A stretch of DNA of 64,000 nt, taken from the NCBI GenBank assembly GCA_943356745.1, contig CALRFT010000001.1:207193-271192 (forward strand). The letters run 5' to 3'. Origin of the DNA: Parcubacteria group bacterium. GTDB lineage: Bacteria > Patescibacteriota > Minisyncoccia > Phycocordibacterales > CSBR16-119. A program made the position numbers and the translations under genes. Positions 41,677-51,165 of the stretch are shown here, piece after piece. The notes below the pieces were generated by a model that saw only the letters and a list, made by a program, of their open reading frames with translations, ran no database searches and had not been told where the DNA came from. Each line of letters opens with the position of its first letter. Position 1 is the first letter of the stretch.

Positions 41677-41734
41677 GAGGTTTTGTTTTAGATTTCCCCC
41701 ATTAAACACCGAATCTTATTGAAAAGCAAGCAAC

Positions 41735-41764
41735 AAAAAAAACACCCTTTCGGGTGTTTTTTTT
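41735..41764 (-). terminator. terminator ending the r-protein cluster after rplE
   Basis: A9-CACCC-tttc-GGGTG-T8. Confidence 0.85.
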
Positions 41765-41765
41765 G

Positions 41766-42308
41766 TTAGTCCTTCTTAAATGGAAGTCCGATAAAATCAA
41801 AGTATGCTTTTGCTTCTTCTTTTGTTTTTGCTGTTGTTACAAAAGTAATTGCAAATGAAAATACATCTTTCAATTCTTCGTTTCCTGTTTCAGGAAAGAT
41901 TGTGTGTTCTTTGATACCAAGAGTAAGGTTACCCATGTTATCAAGTGCTTCTCGTTTAAATCCACGGAAGTCCTTTGTTCGAGGAACTGCAATGTGGATA
42001 AATTTATCGAGGAAGTTGTACATTTGATCACCTCGAAGCGTTACCGCAAGTCCGATTGGTTCTCCTTGTCGTAGTTTAAATCCAGCGTTTGATTGCTTTG
42101 CCGCTCGAACAGAAGGTTTTTGTCCAGTAATTTTTGCAAGTCGATCACCGATGAAATCATTGATCTTCTTGTCCATTTTTACCTTTCGCCCTGTTCCTGT
42201 TGAAACTACAATTTTTGTAAGTTTTGGAGCTTCCAATTTGTTTGTATATCCAAATTGTCCTTTGAGCGCTTCAAACACTTTCTTATCTTTTTGCTTTACA
42301 GATTCCAT
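41766..42308 (-). CDS. rplE: 50S ribosomal protein uL5
   Basis: PKL.KIVV, ITGQKP, FKLR.G..IG..VTLRG, PRTKDFRG. Confidence 0.98.
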   Translation of the reverse strand: MESVKQKDKKVFEALKGQFGYTNKLEAPKLTKIVVSTGTGRKVKMDKKINDFIGDRLAKITGQKPSVRAAKQSNAGFKLRQGEPIGLAVTLRGDQMYNFLDKFIHIAVPRTKDFRGFKREALDNMGNLTLGIKEHTIFPETGNEELKDVFSFAITFVTTAKTKEEAKAYFDFIGLPFKKD

Positions 42309-42313
42309 ATGTT

Positions 42314-42619
42314 TTATTTGAGCTCAGCTCCACTTTTCTTACTAATTCGTACGTTTTTTCCGTCGACCTTCTTTACACCAATTCGTGTAGGTTTATTTGT
42401 TTTAGGATCAACAATCATCACATTTGAAGCGTTGATTGGTGCACTAAACTTAACTTGTTTATCAGTGTCTTTTTGTCGTGTTTTTCGGTTCTTAAGCATT
42501 ACATTAACACCGTCAACAACAACTTTATTTTCTTCTCGTAACACAAGAGTAATAGTTCCCTTTTTTCCCTTGTCTTTACCAGTAAGAACAACAACTGTGT
42601 CTCCTTTTTTGAATTTCAT
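42314..42619 (-). CDS. rplX: 50S ribosomal protein uL24
   Basis: KKGDTV.VLTGKDKGK.G, API..SNV. Confidence 0.98.
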   Translation of the reverse strand: MKFKKGDTVVVLTGKDKGKKGTITLVLREENKVVVDGVNVMLKNRKTRQKDTDKQVKFSAPINASNVMIVDPKTNKPTRIGVKKVDGKNVRISKKSGAELK

Positions 42620-42623
42620 ATAA

Positions 42624-42995
42624 TTACAAAACTTCTGGTGCTAATGAAATAATTTTTTGGTATCCACGTTCTCCGATTTCTCGAGGAATTGGACCGAAAA
42701 TACGACCTGCTTTTGGTTCTTTTTTGTTCTTGTCGATAATAACAACAGCGTTGTCATCGAAAGAAATATATGAACCGTCCTTTCGTCGGAAAGGTTTTCG
42801 TTGCCGCACAACAATTGCTGTGTGAACATCTTTTTTCTTAATAGTCTTTCGTGGTTCAGCCTTTTTAACTGAAATCACTACAAGGTCTCCGATTTCTGCG
42901 TATCGTCGTTTTGAACCTCCAAGGACCTTAAAGACTTTTGCATCTGTTCCTCCACCGTTATCGGTGATTTTTACGTTTGTTCCGTCTTGAATCAT
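42624..42995 (-). CDS. rplN: 50S ribosomal protein uL14
   Basis: MIQ, KVLGGSKRRYA, FDDNAVV, RIFGP, SLAPEVL. Confidence 0.98.
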   Translation of the reverse strand: MIQDGTNVKITDNGGGTDAKVFKVLGGSKRRYAEIGDLVVISVKKAEPRKTIKKKDVHTAIVVRQRKPFRRKDGSYISFDDNAVVIIDKNKKEPKAGRIFGPIPREIGERGYQKIISLAPEVL

Positions 42996-43006
42996 AAGCC
43001 TTTATA

Positions 43007-43261
43007 TTATTTATTAATTACAATAAATGTTTTGTCCTTTGAGATTGGTCGACATTCTTGGATCTTTACAGTATCCCCAACCTTGTAAGTATTGTTTTCG
43101 TCGTGAGCCTTGTACTTTTTGTTGATTTTGTAAAACTTCTTGTATTTTGGATGTTTTACGAATCGCGGCACAGACACAACAACAGTTTTGTCTCCTTTGT
43201 CAGAAACCACAGTTCCTTGAAAGGTTTTTGCGTATTTAGTTGTAGTAGTATTATTTGTCAT
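43007..43261 (-). CDS. rpsQ: 30S ribosomal protein uS17
   Basis: G.VVSDK.DKTVVV, HPKY.K, ECRPISK.K. Confidence 0.98.
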   Translation of the reverse strand: MTNNTTTTKYAKTFQGTVVSDKGDKTVVVSVPRFVKHPKYKKFYKINKKYKAHDENNTYKVGDTVKIQECRPISKDKTFIVINK

Positions 43262-43262
43262 A

Positions 43263-43451
43263 TTACTTTGTATCTCGTGCTTTAAGCTCAGTAAGAGCTC
43301 GCGCGATTGTCTTTTTTAGATTACTAATTTTTTTAGCATCTTTTGATCCAGCTCCTGCGAGATTGAATCGTTCTTTTCGAAGTGCTTCTTGAGAATCAGC
43401 AATAAGATCACGAAGTTCTTGTACTTCCATTTTGTTTATTTCTTTTGCCAT
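43263..43451 (-). CDS. rpmC: 50S ribosomal protein uL29
   Basis: RF......KK.IARALTE; operon position. Confidence 0.95.
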   Translation of the reverse strand: MAKEINKMEVQELRDLIADSQEALRKERFNLAGAGSKDAKKISNLKKTIARALTELKARDTK

Positions 43452-43452
43452 A

Positions 43453-43893
43453 TTAGTTCTTTTTAGCTACTTCTTCTTTACTCACGACCTTTGTTGTACA
43501 TGGGAGTTTTGTTCCAGCTTTTCGGAGTGCTTCTCTCATGAGTTTTTCATCTACTCCTGATACTTCGAAGAGAATTCGCTTTGGGCGTACTTCGAAACAG
43601 TAGTATTTCAAATCTCCTTTTCCTTTACCCATACCTACTTCAGCAGGTTTTGCTGTAATCGGTTTGTCAGGGAAAATTCGAATCCAATATTTTCCTGCCT
43701 TTGTAAGTGCACGAACCATAGCCTTTCGAGCTGATTCGATTTGTGCTGACGTCACTCGTGACGGACTAGTTGCTTGAAGTCCAAACTCTCCAAACGCAAC
43801 AGTTGTCCCTCGAGTATCTGGTCGTGATCGCTGTTCAAGCGACTTTCGTCCAGTTTGCCATTTTCGATGTTTTGTCTTTTTTGGGAATAACAT
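43453..43893 (-). CDS. rplP: 50S ribosomal protein uL16
   Basis: PKKTKHRK, FGEFGL, WIRIFPDKPIT.KP, MGKGKG. Confidence 0.98.
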   Translation of the reverse strand: MLFPKKTKHRKWQTGRKSLEQRSRPDTRGTTVAFGEFGLQATSPSRVTSAQIESARKAMVRALTKAGKYWIRIFPDKPITAKPAEVGMGKGKGDLKYYCFEVRPKRILFEVSGVDEKLMREALRKAGTKLPCTTKVVSKEEVAKKN

Positions 43894-43929
43894 GATAGTA
43901 CGTATTATGTTTAATAATTAGAGAGTTTA

Positions 43930-44595
43930 TTACTTTGAATCTTTTTCAAATACTTCACCCTTGTAAATCCAAACTTTGATTCCAAGTGTTCCGTATGAAA
44001 GTTTTGCTCGTTCTCGTGCAAAATCAATATCTGCTCGGAATGTTTGAAGAGGAATTGATCCTCGTTTTACTTCTTCTGAACGCGCCATTTCTGCTCCGTT
44101 AAGTCGTCCTCCGATAAGGATTCGAACTCCTTTTACTCCTCGAACAGCCATTACTTTGTCGAGTGTTTGTTTCATTACTCGTCGGAATGGAAGCCGTCGT
44201 TCAAGTCCTTCTACGATAGAGTATGCAACAATTGCTGCATCCGCATCTGGATTTTGAACTTCTGAGATATCAATTTTCAAATCTTCAGGAACTGGAAGTT
44301 TGTTTTTCTTCATCATTTCAACTACATCCTTTCGTAGTTTCTTTGCTCCTTCTCCAGCTCGACCAATGATAACTCCTGGTCGTGAAGTTTTGATAATGAT
44401 TCGCGCTCCTTTTGGACTTCGTTCGATTTCAACACCTGAAACAAAAGCGTTTCGGTATTTCTTCATAATGAAGTCTCGAATAGTCACGTCACCGATAAGG
44501 TAATCCTTGTATTCTTTTTTACCTGCAAACCATCGTGATTTCCAATCTCTTAGAATAACGAGTCGGTGTGCATATGGATGTACTTTTTTACTCAT
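43930..44595 (-). CDS. rpsC: 30S ribosomal protein uS3
   Basis: KVHP...RL, RPGVIIG, GRLNGAEMARSE, PLQT.RADID. Confidence 0.98.
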   Translation of the reverse strand: MSKKVHPYAHRLVILRDWKSRWFAGKKEYKDYLIGDVTIRDFIMKKYRNAFVSGVEIERSPKGARIIIKTSRPGVIIGRAGEGAKKLRKDVVEMMKKNKLPVPEDLKIDISEVQNPDADAAIVAYSIVEGLERRLPFRRVMKQTLDKVMAVRGVKGVRILIGGRLNGAEMARSEEVKRGSIPLQTFRADIDFARERAKLSYGTLGIKVWIYKGEVFEKDSK

Positions 44596-44600
44596 GGTGT

Positions 44601-45077
44601 TTAGTTTGTCTTTGAGTTGTTTTCTTTAGATTCGACCTTTTTAGTTGTTTTCTTTGTTGCTGTTTTCTTAGCCACTTTTTTTGTTGCTACTTTCTTTTCA
44701 GCTGGAGCCTTCACTTCTTTTGTAGCTTCAGCTTTGATTTTCTTTGAAGCTGCTTTTTCAGCCAAAATAACTGAAATGTTTGAAGTTCGCTTGTTGATTG
44801 GTGAAGCTGACCCACGAGCTCTTGCTCGGAATCGTTTCAAAGTAACACCTTGGTTTACTTCGAGTGACTTCACAATCAAGTTTTCAGCTTGCTTGCCGTC
44901 ATTGTTAATAGCATTTGATACAGCTGAGCGAATGAGTGTTCGAATGATTCGCGCTGCTTTCTTTGGCATGAAAGAAAGCATAACGTCTGCTTGAGCGACG
45001 TTCTTGCCCTTGACTGCATCTCCGACAAGTCGCACCTTTCGAGGCGACATTCGGTAGTTGTTTAAATACGCTTTCAT
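44601..45077 (-). CDS. rplV: 50S ribosomal protein uL22 with Lys/Ala-rich C-terminal extension
   Basis: SPRKVRLV, SAVSNA, LKRFRARARG, KRTS.I. Confidence 0.98.
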   Translation of the reverse strand: MKAYLNNYRMSPRKVRLVGDAVKGKNVAQADVMLSFMPKKAARIIRTLIRSAVSNAINNDGKQAENLIVKSLEVNQGVTLKRFRARARGSASPINKRTSNISVILAEKAASKKIKAEATKEVKAPAEKKVATKKVAKKTATKKTTKKVESKENNSKTN

Positions 45078-45120
45078 AAATTGGGTTAAAAAGTTTAATT
45101 AATAGTTTTGTAGTGTAAAA

Positions 45121-45450
45121 CTACTTTGCTGACTTTGCAGCTTTAGCAGCAGAAATTTCTGCTTCTCGTTTCTTTTGTTCAAGCTCTTTCATAAGCTTAC
45201 CTCCGTGTCGATGGAAAGTCTTTGTTGGAGAAAATTCTCCAAGTCGATGTCCCACCATGTCTTCTGTAACGAAAACTTCAATGTGTTTCTTTCCATTGTG
45301 AACTCCGAACGTAAATCCAACCATTTCTGGAGAGATTTGAGATGCTCGTGCCCATGTTTTGATAACACTTGATTCTGAAGGTTTTTTTCCTTCAATCTTC
45401 TTAAGAAGTTTTGCGTCTACATACGGACCTTTTTTAAGTGATCGTGTCAT
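45121..45450 (-). CDS. rpsS: 30S ribosomal protein uS19
   Basis: RSLKKGP, KTW.R.S.I.P, VHNG, MVGH.LGEFSPT. Confidence 0.98.
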   Translation of the reverse strand: MTRSLKKGPYVDAKLLKKIEGKKPSESSVIKTWARASQISPEMVGFTFGVHNGKKHIEVFVTEDMVGHRLGEFSPTKTFHRHGGKLMKELEQKKREAEISAAKAAKSAK

Positions 45451-45685
45451 GTATTTGTGTGTTATGAATCCCTTTCAGGACCATTAAACTAATAATATTT
45501 GAGGGAAAAGTCTTTCCCAAAAACACAAAACCAGCAACGACGCGAGTGGTATTTACTCTTTCCTTTCGGAAGCGAGCCACATAGGCCATCGTGCCTGATT
45601 TGTATTCAATATTTCCTTTTATTTAAAGAAAACACGCTCAAAGATGAGCTGGAAGTATATTACCAAAATCCCCCCAAGGTGTCAA
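45451..45685 (-). promoter_or_regulatory. promoter and structured leader of the rpsS-rplE sub-operon
   Basis: TTGACA-N17-TAATAT (45685-45657); long stem 45519-45608 capped by TTCC-GAAA-GGAA. Confidence 0.65.
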
Positions 45686-45713
45686 CAAAAGAAAAACCCT
45701 CTCTTAGAGGGGT

Positions 45714-45902
45714 TTATTCATGATTATATTTTTTTGAAGTAATATGCCAAGCTTCACATTCTGGGGAATAATAGGATCTTTTTGGTATTTTTTTTCTGGC
45801 TGTTTTCTTTTTCTTAAAAGAATTAACTCTTTCTTGTGCAATACGTCTACTCGGAAAAGATACTTTTCCGCACGTACAGATTGGATAGTATTCTTGTTCT
45901 AT
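45714..45902 (-). CDS. 62-aa basic Zn-finger-like protein with ATA start (possibly a pseudogene)
   Basis: Manual translation: EQEYYPICTCGKVSFPSRRIAQERVNSFKKKKTARKKIPKRSYYSPECEAWHITSKKYNHE; promoter upstream, terminator downstream. Confidence 0.7.
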   Translation of the reverse strand: MEQEYYPICTCGKVSFPSRRIAQERVNSFKKKKTARKKIPKRSYYSPECEAWHITSKKYNHE

Positions 45903-45998
45903 GTATTTATTTTTTATTATTTTACATGTTTCTTATGTAAAATCAAACCATAACAAAAACCCCATTGAGATGGGGTTTTTAAATACAAAAAGGAACTA

Positions 45999-46865
45999 TT
46001 AATCTGATAAAGCTATTGTGAGATATCCTCTGATGGCGCGTTGTTCGTAGGAATAACCTCCACCTATGACACCACCGAGTTTGTAGTTTTTTATCTTGTA
46101 AGATTTTAAAACCCCAAACTCTCCTCGAGGAATTTCTTTTTGTCTATAGTCAAAACCAACATCCAGATAAGTTCCCCAATCCTGTGGTAAGGTAATCCAA
46201 GCAAAATATCCAAGGTGGGTTTGATTCAAAAAAGCGGTTGTTGAAATCTTTTCTAGATTTAACGTTATTGCCCCGCCCCAAGAATCTTGATTTTGGTTTA
46301 CCCAAACTGAAGTAAGAAATTTTTGCTTATGATTAAAACCAAGGTGAAATTCGCCCTGATTGTTTTTTCTTGCAACACTTCCTACAACTTTGTTTGTTAC
46401 GCCAATTTCAAACCGTGACGACAAAGCTCCCCCCGGTAATTGCGCTTTCGTCCAAGGTTCAAAATGACCCGCAAAGGAAACAGGGGGCGGTCGATGAAAC
46501 CAAGCACTCACTTGAGGTCCAAAACCATTGACCCAAAGAAACTTTTTTCCAAGACGAGTTTCAAAAACGAATGAATTTATCGTGCCTGAATAACCATCTG
46601 AGTTTTGATCTGTTGAGAAAAAAGTATTAAGACTGAAGATTCTGTTTATCGTGTATGCTGCATTAGCACCCACACGAAACCCTGTCCAATTTTCTACATA
46701 CAAACTGTCTATAGAAAAATTTGTAGCCTGAATCGCCCCAACATAAAGTTTCTTCAGAACCAAACTTGAATCTGGTGAGTAGATATTTGTAATTTGTGCT
46801 TTACCACAAACAAAGGCGAACACAAATAAAATCGCCATTAGATTTTTTAGAAATTCTTGTATCAT
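45999..46865 (-). CDS. secreted beta-rich, porin/beta-barrel-like protein
   Basis: Signal peptide ...CGKA|Q; many short amphipathic Gly/aromatic strands; fold is an inference. Confidence 0.75.
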   Translation of the reverse strand: MIQEFLKNLMAILFVFAFVCGKAQITNIYSPDSSLVLKKLYVGAIQATNFSIDSLYVENWTGFRVGANAAYTINRIFSLNTFFSTDQNSDGYSGTINSFVFETRLGKKFLWVNGFGPQVSAWFHRPPPVSFAGHFEPWTKAQLPGGALSSRFEIGVTNKVVGSVARKNNQGEFHLGFNHKQKFLTSVWVNQNQDSWGGAITLNLEKISTTAFLNQTHLGYFAWITLPQDWGTYLDVGFDYRQKEIPRGEFGVLKSYKIKNYKLGGVIGGGYSYEQRAIRGYLTIALSD

Positions 46866-46920
46866 TTCAAATAACTTTTTAATTTAAAATGAATTTACTA
46901 TAAAAAACATGATTTGTCAA

Positions 46921-46956
46921 CATAACAAAAACCACCCATTTGGGTGGTTTTTGTTA
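46921..46956 (-). terminator. terminator after rplB
   Basis: CATAACAAAAACCACCC-att-TGGGTGGTTTTTGTTATG. Confidence 0.85.
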
Positions 46957-46961
46957 TGGTT

Positions 46962-47816
46962 TTATTTCTTTTTAGTTTGATTTCTCTTTGACTTTCGTCG
47001 TTCAAGAATCTTACCATTAGAATATTTCTTGCTCCGCCTAGTTTTCACTCCGTATGCAAGTTTTCCATGACGAGTTTTTGGTCCACGTCGTAGTCCGATT
47101 CCTTGTACTCCTTCTCCTCCTCCGTGTGGGTGATCCACAGGATTCATAGCAGTTCCTCGTACAGTTGGACGGATTCCTCGGTGTCGTGCTCGTCCCGCCT
47201 TACCCCAGTTTGTAAGTTTCCATTCAGAGTTTGAAATTTCACCTACTGTTGCCCATGACATTTCTGGTACTTTTCGGATTTCTCCTGAAGGCATCTTAAG
47301 AGATGCTGAACCTCCGTCGTGTGCAACCACTTGTACAAATGATCCAGCTGAACGAGCAAGTTTTGCTCCACCTTCCGGTCGTAATTCAACTGAGTTTACA
47401 AATGTTCCGACTGGAATATCTCGAAGCGGAAGACGATTCCCTTCTTCGATAAGAGCAGTTCTTGATGTAAGAACTTTCATTCCTTGCTTCATGTTCTTTG
47501 TTGCAAGAACATATCGCTTTTCTCCATCTGCATATGTGAGCAATGCTACGTATGCTGATCGGTTTGGATCGTACTCAATGTGAGTCACTTTCGCTGGAAT
47601 GTCTTTTTTAGTAAATCGAAAATCGATTTCTCGATAACTTCGTTTATGACCACCTCCCTTGTGAGGAGCAGTGATTCGTCCTTGGTTATTTCGTCCAGTT
47701 CCACGTTTGAATCCCTTTGTGAGACTCTTTTCAGAATGTGAGCGAGTCACAACCTTCTTGTATGAGATAACACTCATACCACGTCGTCCTGGTGTTGTTG
47801 GTTTAAATTTTTTCAT
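46962..47816 (-). CDS. rplB: 50S ribosomal protein uL2
   Basis: [38 protein letters not shown]. Confidence 0.99.
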   Translation of the reverse strand: MKKFKPTTPGRRGMSVISYKKVVTRSHSEKSLTKGFKRGTGRNNQGRITAPHKGGGHKRSYREIDFRFTKKDIPAKVTHIEYDPNRSAYVALLTYADGEKRYVLATKNMKQGMKVLTSRTALIEEGNRLPLRDIPVGTFVNSVELRPEGGAKLARSAGSFVQVVAHDGGSASLKMPSGEIRKVPEMSWATVGEISNSEWKLTNWGKAGRARHRGIRPTVRGTAMNPVDHPHGGGEGVQGIGLRRGPKTRHGKLAYGVKTRRSKKYSNGKILERRKSKRNQTKKK

Positions 47817-47888
47817 AGCTTTTTATCGGCAAGCAAATGCCTTAATGGTTTATTATCGGGAAACCCACCCCTAGTTCATAAAATAGGA

Positions 47889-48188
47889 TTAGATAAGTTC
47901 AATAGTGTCTCCTTTTTTAAGGTATACCATTGCTTTCTTACCTCCCCCTTTGTGTCCGAAAATTCCTCGTCTTGCTACTGGTTTGTATTTCAATGTTGAT
48001 GTAGTCACCTTCACTGGCACAACTCCGTAGAGGTCTTGGATAGCTTTCGCAATTTCGATTTTTGTAGCAGATGATGCAACATTAAATGTGTACACATTAT
48101 CTCCTGCAACTTTAGCTGCTTTTTCAGTCACTCGTGGTGAAAGAATAAGAGCACCTGGATTTTGAGTTTTTTGTTTCTTAGTTGCCAT
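47889..48188 (-). CDS. rplW: 50S ribosomal protein uL23
   Basis: PRVTEKA, YTF.V...ATK.EI, KKA.V.LKKG..I. Confidence 0.97.
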   Translation of the reverse strand: MATKKQKTQNPGALILSPRVTEKAAKVAGDNVYTFNVASSATKIEIAKAIQDLYGVVPVKVTTSTLKYKPVARRGIFGHKGGGKKAMVYLKKGDTIELI

Positions 48189-48193
48189 AGTTT

Positions 48194-48856
48194 TTATGCT
48201 AGTTTAGCTTCTAATACTTTTAAACTCGACTCAGGATTTTCGATAACCAAGTACTCGTGGTTAAGAATATCAAGCACATTCAAGTTTCGAACTTCATCCA
48301 TATCTACATATGAAATGTTGTTGTAACTCTTTCGTGCTGTTTCGTTTGATTCTACCAAAGCAATGTGTGCAACCTTCTTTGGAGAACCTGCGAGACGTTC
48401 AAATCCAGAAACACCTGAAAGTGATTTCAAAGTTTCAGCGGCTAGCTTTGTTTTGATTGCATCTTGTGCAAGAGAATCAACAAACAATACTTTTCCGTTT
48501 CGAAGCTTTTGTGATAGTACAACCACAAGAGCCTTTGCCTTCATTTTCTTAGTAAGTTTCTTTGAGTAATCTTTATCAGATCGTGGACCATGAGCCACTC
48601 CTCCTCCAACCCAGATTGGACTTCGTTTTGACCCGTGTCGTGCACGTCCTGTTCCTTTTTGTTTCCAAGGTTTTTTTCCTGTTCCAGAAACTTCAGATCG
48701 GTCTTTTGTATGAGCTGTTCCCGCACGTTGGTTTGACATCATTGCTGTTGCAACTTGGTGAACCAAGTCAGCATTCCAGTTAACGCCAAATACCTTATCA
48801 TTAAGAGATACTTTTCCAGCTTCTTTTCCGTTTTTGTTGTATACAATAGCTTCCAT
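48194..48856 (-). CDS. rplD: 50S ribosomal protein uL4
   Basis: R.GTAHTK.RSEVSG.GKKPW.QKGTGRARHGS; start corrected to 48856. Confidence 0.98.
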   Translation of the reverse strand: MEAIVYNKNGKEAGKVSLNDKVFGVNWNADLVHQVATAMMSNQRAGTAHTKDRSEVSGTGKKPWKQKGTGRARHGSKRSPIWVGGGVAHGPRSDKDYSKKLTKKMKAKALVVVLSQKLRNGKVLFVDSLAQDAIKTKLAAETLKSLSGVSGFERLAGSPKKVAHIALVESNETARKSYNNISYVDMDEVRNLNVLDILNHEYLVIENPESSLKVLEAKLA

Positions 48857-48863
48857 ATATTTG

Positions 48864-49472
48864 TTAGCCTCGGATTTCAACGAGTGAACCTCGTCGTCCC
48901 GGAATAGCACCTTTAATGAGTAATTGATTGTTTACAGAATCGATCGCAAGAATGTTAAGGTTCTTAACAGAAATTCGATCTCCTCCCATACGACCTGCCA
49001 TTCGCATTCCTTTAAGCACTCGTTGGATACCTCCAGCACCAATTGATCCTGGTTCTCGTTCTGAGTGTTTTTGTCCGTGTGATCGTCGGCCTCCATGGAA
49101 ACCATGTCGCTTAACCACACCTTGGAATCCTTTTCCTTTTGAAGTTCCTGAAACTACGATAGTGTCTCCTTCTTTAAATGATTCAACAGTAATTACGTCT
49201 CCTCGTTTTAGATCGGCTCCACCTTCGAGTCGAAACTCCTTCACAATTTTGAAAGTTTCAAGTCCTTGCCACTCTCCTTTTTGTGCTTTGTTAGTTCTTT
49301 GTTCTTTTTGAGAACCAAAACCAACTTGAACTGCAGTGTATCCATCATTATCGCCAGACAAAACTTTTGTCACGGTAACTGGACCTGCGTTCACGATTGT
49401 TGCAGGAAACACTCGTCCCTCAGCATCAAAGTACTGAGTCATGCGTTCCTTTGTTCCTAATATAAATTTCAT
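48864..49472 (-). CDS. rplC: 50S ribosomal protein uL3
   Basis: G.K..MTQ, DGY.AVQ.G, SKGKGFQGVVKRH, KG.RMAGRMG; start corrected to 49472. Confidence 0.98.
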   Translation of the reverse strand: MKFILGTKERMTQYFDAEGRVFPATIVNAGPVTVTKVLSGDNDGYTAVQVGFGSQKEQRTNKAQKGEWQGLETFKIVKEFRLEGGADLKRGDVITVESFKEGDTIVVSGTSKGKGFQGVVKRHGFHGGRRSHGQKHSEREPGSIGAGGIQRVLKGMRMAGRMGGDRISVKNLNILAIDSVNNQLLIKGAIPGRRGSLVEIRG

Positions 49473-49567
49473 GATAGTTAAGTTATGACGAAAGTCTGAA
49501 AGCGAAACGCTTCCAGACTTTGTCACATTGTAGCTATTCTTATTAATTAATTGCTAGTCGGGGGCGA

Positions 49568-49912
49568 TTAGAGCATTTTCACATCAACCTCTACACCTGA
49601 TGGCAGGTTTAGATTTGTTAATGCTTCGATAGTCTTTTGGTTTGGATTGATAATATCAATCAAACGCTTATGAATTCTCATCTCAAATTGCTCTCGTGAA
49701 TCCTTATACACGAATGTAGCTCGGTTCACAGTATACTTCTTGATTTCAGTTGGTAGTGGAACTGGTCCTACTACTTGTGCGTCATGTCGTACAGCAGTAT
49801 CAATGATCTGCTTTACTGATGCATCCAAAATTTTACTTTCGTATGCTCGCACTCTGATTCGAAGTTTAACAGCCCCGTCCTTTTTGGCTGATTTTTTTTC
49901 TGTTGTTGCCAT
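49568..49912 (-). CDS. rpsJ: 30S ribosomal protein uS10
   Basis: RIR..AY...[23 protein letters not shown]; start corrected to 49912. Confidence 0.98.
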   Translation of the reverse strand: MATTEKKSAKKDGAVKLRIRVRAYESKILDASVKQIIDTAVRHDAQVVGPVPLPTEIKKYTVNRATFVYKDSREQFEMRIHKRLIDIINPNQKTIEALTNLNLPSGVEVDVKML

Positions 49913-49968
49913 AGAGAACTGGCTTTGTATACGTAACACTTGAAAGTATTACATACCCAAAGGTGTTA

Positions 49969-51165
49969 TTACTTAATGATTCTAGTTACAACACCTGCAC
50001 CAACTGTTCGACCTCCTTCTCGGATAGCGAACCGTTGCTGATCCTCAAGTGCAACTGGAGCTACAAGCTTCACTGTAAGTTTAACTGTATCTCCTGGCAT
50101 AACCATTTCTGTTCCTGCTGGAAGAGTTGCTTCTCCAGTTACGTCTGTAGTTCGGATGTAGAACTGTGGCTTGTAACCAGTGAAGAATGGAGTGTGTCGT
50201 CCTCCTTCATCTTTTGAAAGTACGTATACTTCACATTCAAATTCTGAGTGTGGAGTTACAGATCCTGCGATTGCAAGAACTTGTCCTCGGTGTACGTCTT
50301 CTTTCTTAAGACCTCGAAGAAGAAGTCCAGCATTGTCTCCTGCCATACCTTGGTCAAGTGACTTGTTGAACATTTCTACTCCTGTAACTGTTGTCTTCTT
50401 TGTATCTTCAAGTCCAACAATTTCAATTTCTTGTCCAACTTTAATGATTCCTCGTTCAATTTTTCCTGTTACTACTGTTCCTCGTCCTTCAATAGAGAAG
50501 ATATCTTCTACTGGCATAAGGAATGGCTTATCAAGATCTCGAACTGGTGTTGGGAAGTAAGTGTCCATTGCGTTAACAAGTTCCATTACTTTTTGTGACC
50601 ACTTGTCGTTGATGTCAGATGATTCAAGAGCTTTAAGAGCTGAACCTTGGATCACTGGAGCGTTTGCTCCATCAAATTCATATTTCTTGAGAAGATCTCG
50701 AAGTTCTTCTTCAACCAACATGATCATTTCTTCATCGTCAACCATATCGCACTTGTTCAAGAATACGATAAGTGATGGCACACCAACTTGCTTAGCAAGA
50801 AGAATGTGTTCTCGTGTTTGTGGCATAGCTCCATCTGTTGCAGCTACTACGATTACAGCACCGTCCATTTGAGCAGCTCCTGTAATCATGTTTTTAATGT
50901 AGTCCGCGTGACCTGGCGCATCGATGTGTGCGTAGTGTCGAGTTGGAGTCCAGTACTCGTTGTGAGAAAGCGCGATAGTAATTCCTCGTGCTTTTTCTTC
51001 TGGAGCTTTGTCGATTTCATCAACAGCTTTTACGTTTGACCCGTATCCATTTCCCGCAAGATTGAGGGTATGTAGGATAGCAGCTGTCAAAGTTGTTTTA
51101 CCATGGTCTACGTGACCAATTGTTCCCACGTTTACGTGTGGTTTACTTCGATCGAAGTTTGACAT
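49969..51165 (-). CDS. tuf: elongation factor Tu
   Basis: [42 protein letters not shown]. Confidence 0.99.
   Translation of the reverse strand: MSNFDRSKPHVNVGTIGHVDHGKTTLTAAILHTLNLAGNGYGSNVKAVDEIDKAPEEKARGITIALSHNEYWTPTRHYAHIDAPGHADYIKNMITGAAQMDGAVIVVAATDGAMPQTREHILLAKQVGVPSLIVFLNKCDMVDDEEMIMLVEEELRDLLKKYEFDGANAPVIQGSALKALESSDINDKWSQKVMELVNAMDTYFPTPVRDLDKPFLMPVEDIFSIEGRGTVVTGKIERGIIKVGQEIEIVGLEDTKKTTVTGVEMFNKSLDQGMAGDNAGLLLRGLKKEDVHRGQVLAIAGSVTPHSEFECEVYVLSKDEGGRHTPFFTGYKPQFYIRTTDVTGEATLPAGTEMVMPGDTVKLTVKLVAPVALEDQQRFAIREGGRTVGAGVVTRIIK

Noticed and set aside
37040-41730. Integron cassette array
   Set aside because: Spacers are simple terminators without shared attC R'/R'' boxes, orientation is mixed, and there is no intI
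45744-45953. Plus-strand 69-aa hydrophobic ORF
   Set aside because: Shadow of the Lys-rich minus-strand frame, which has the motif, promoter and terminator
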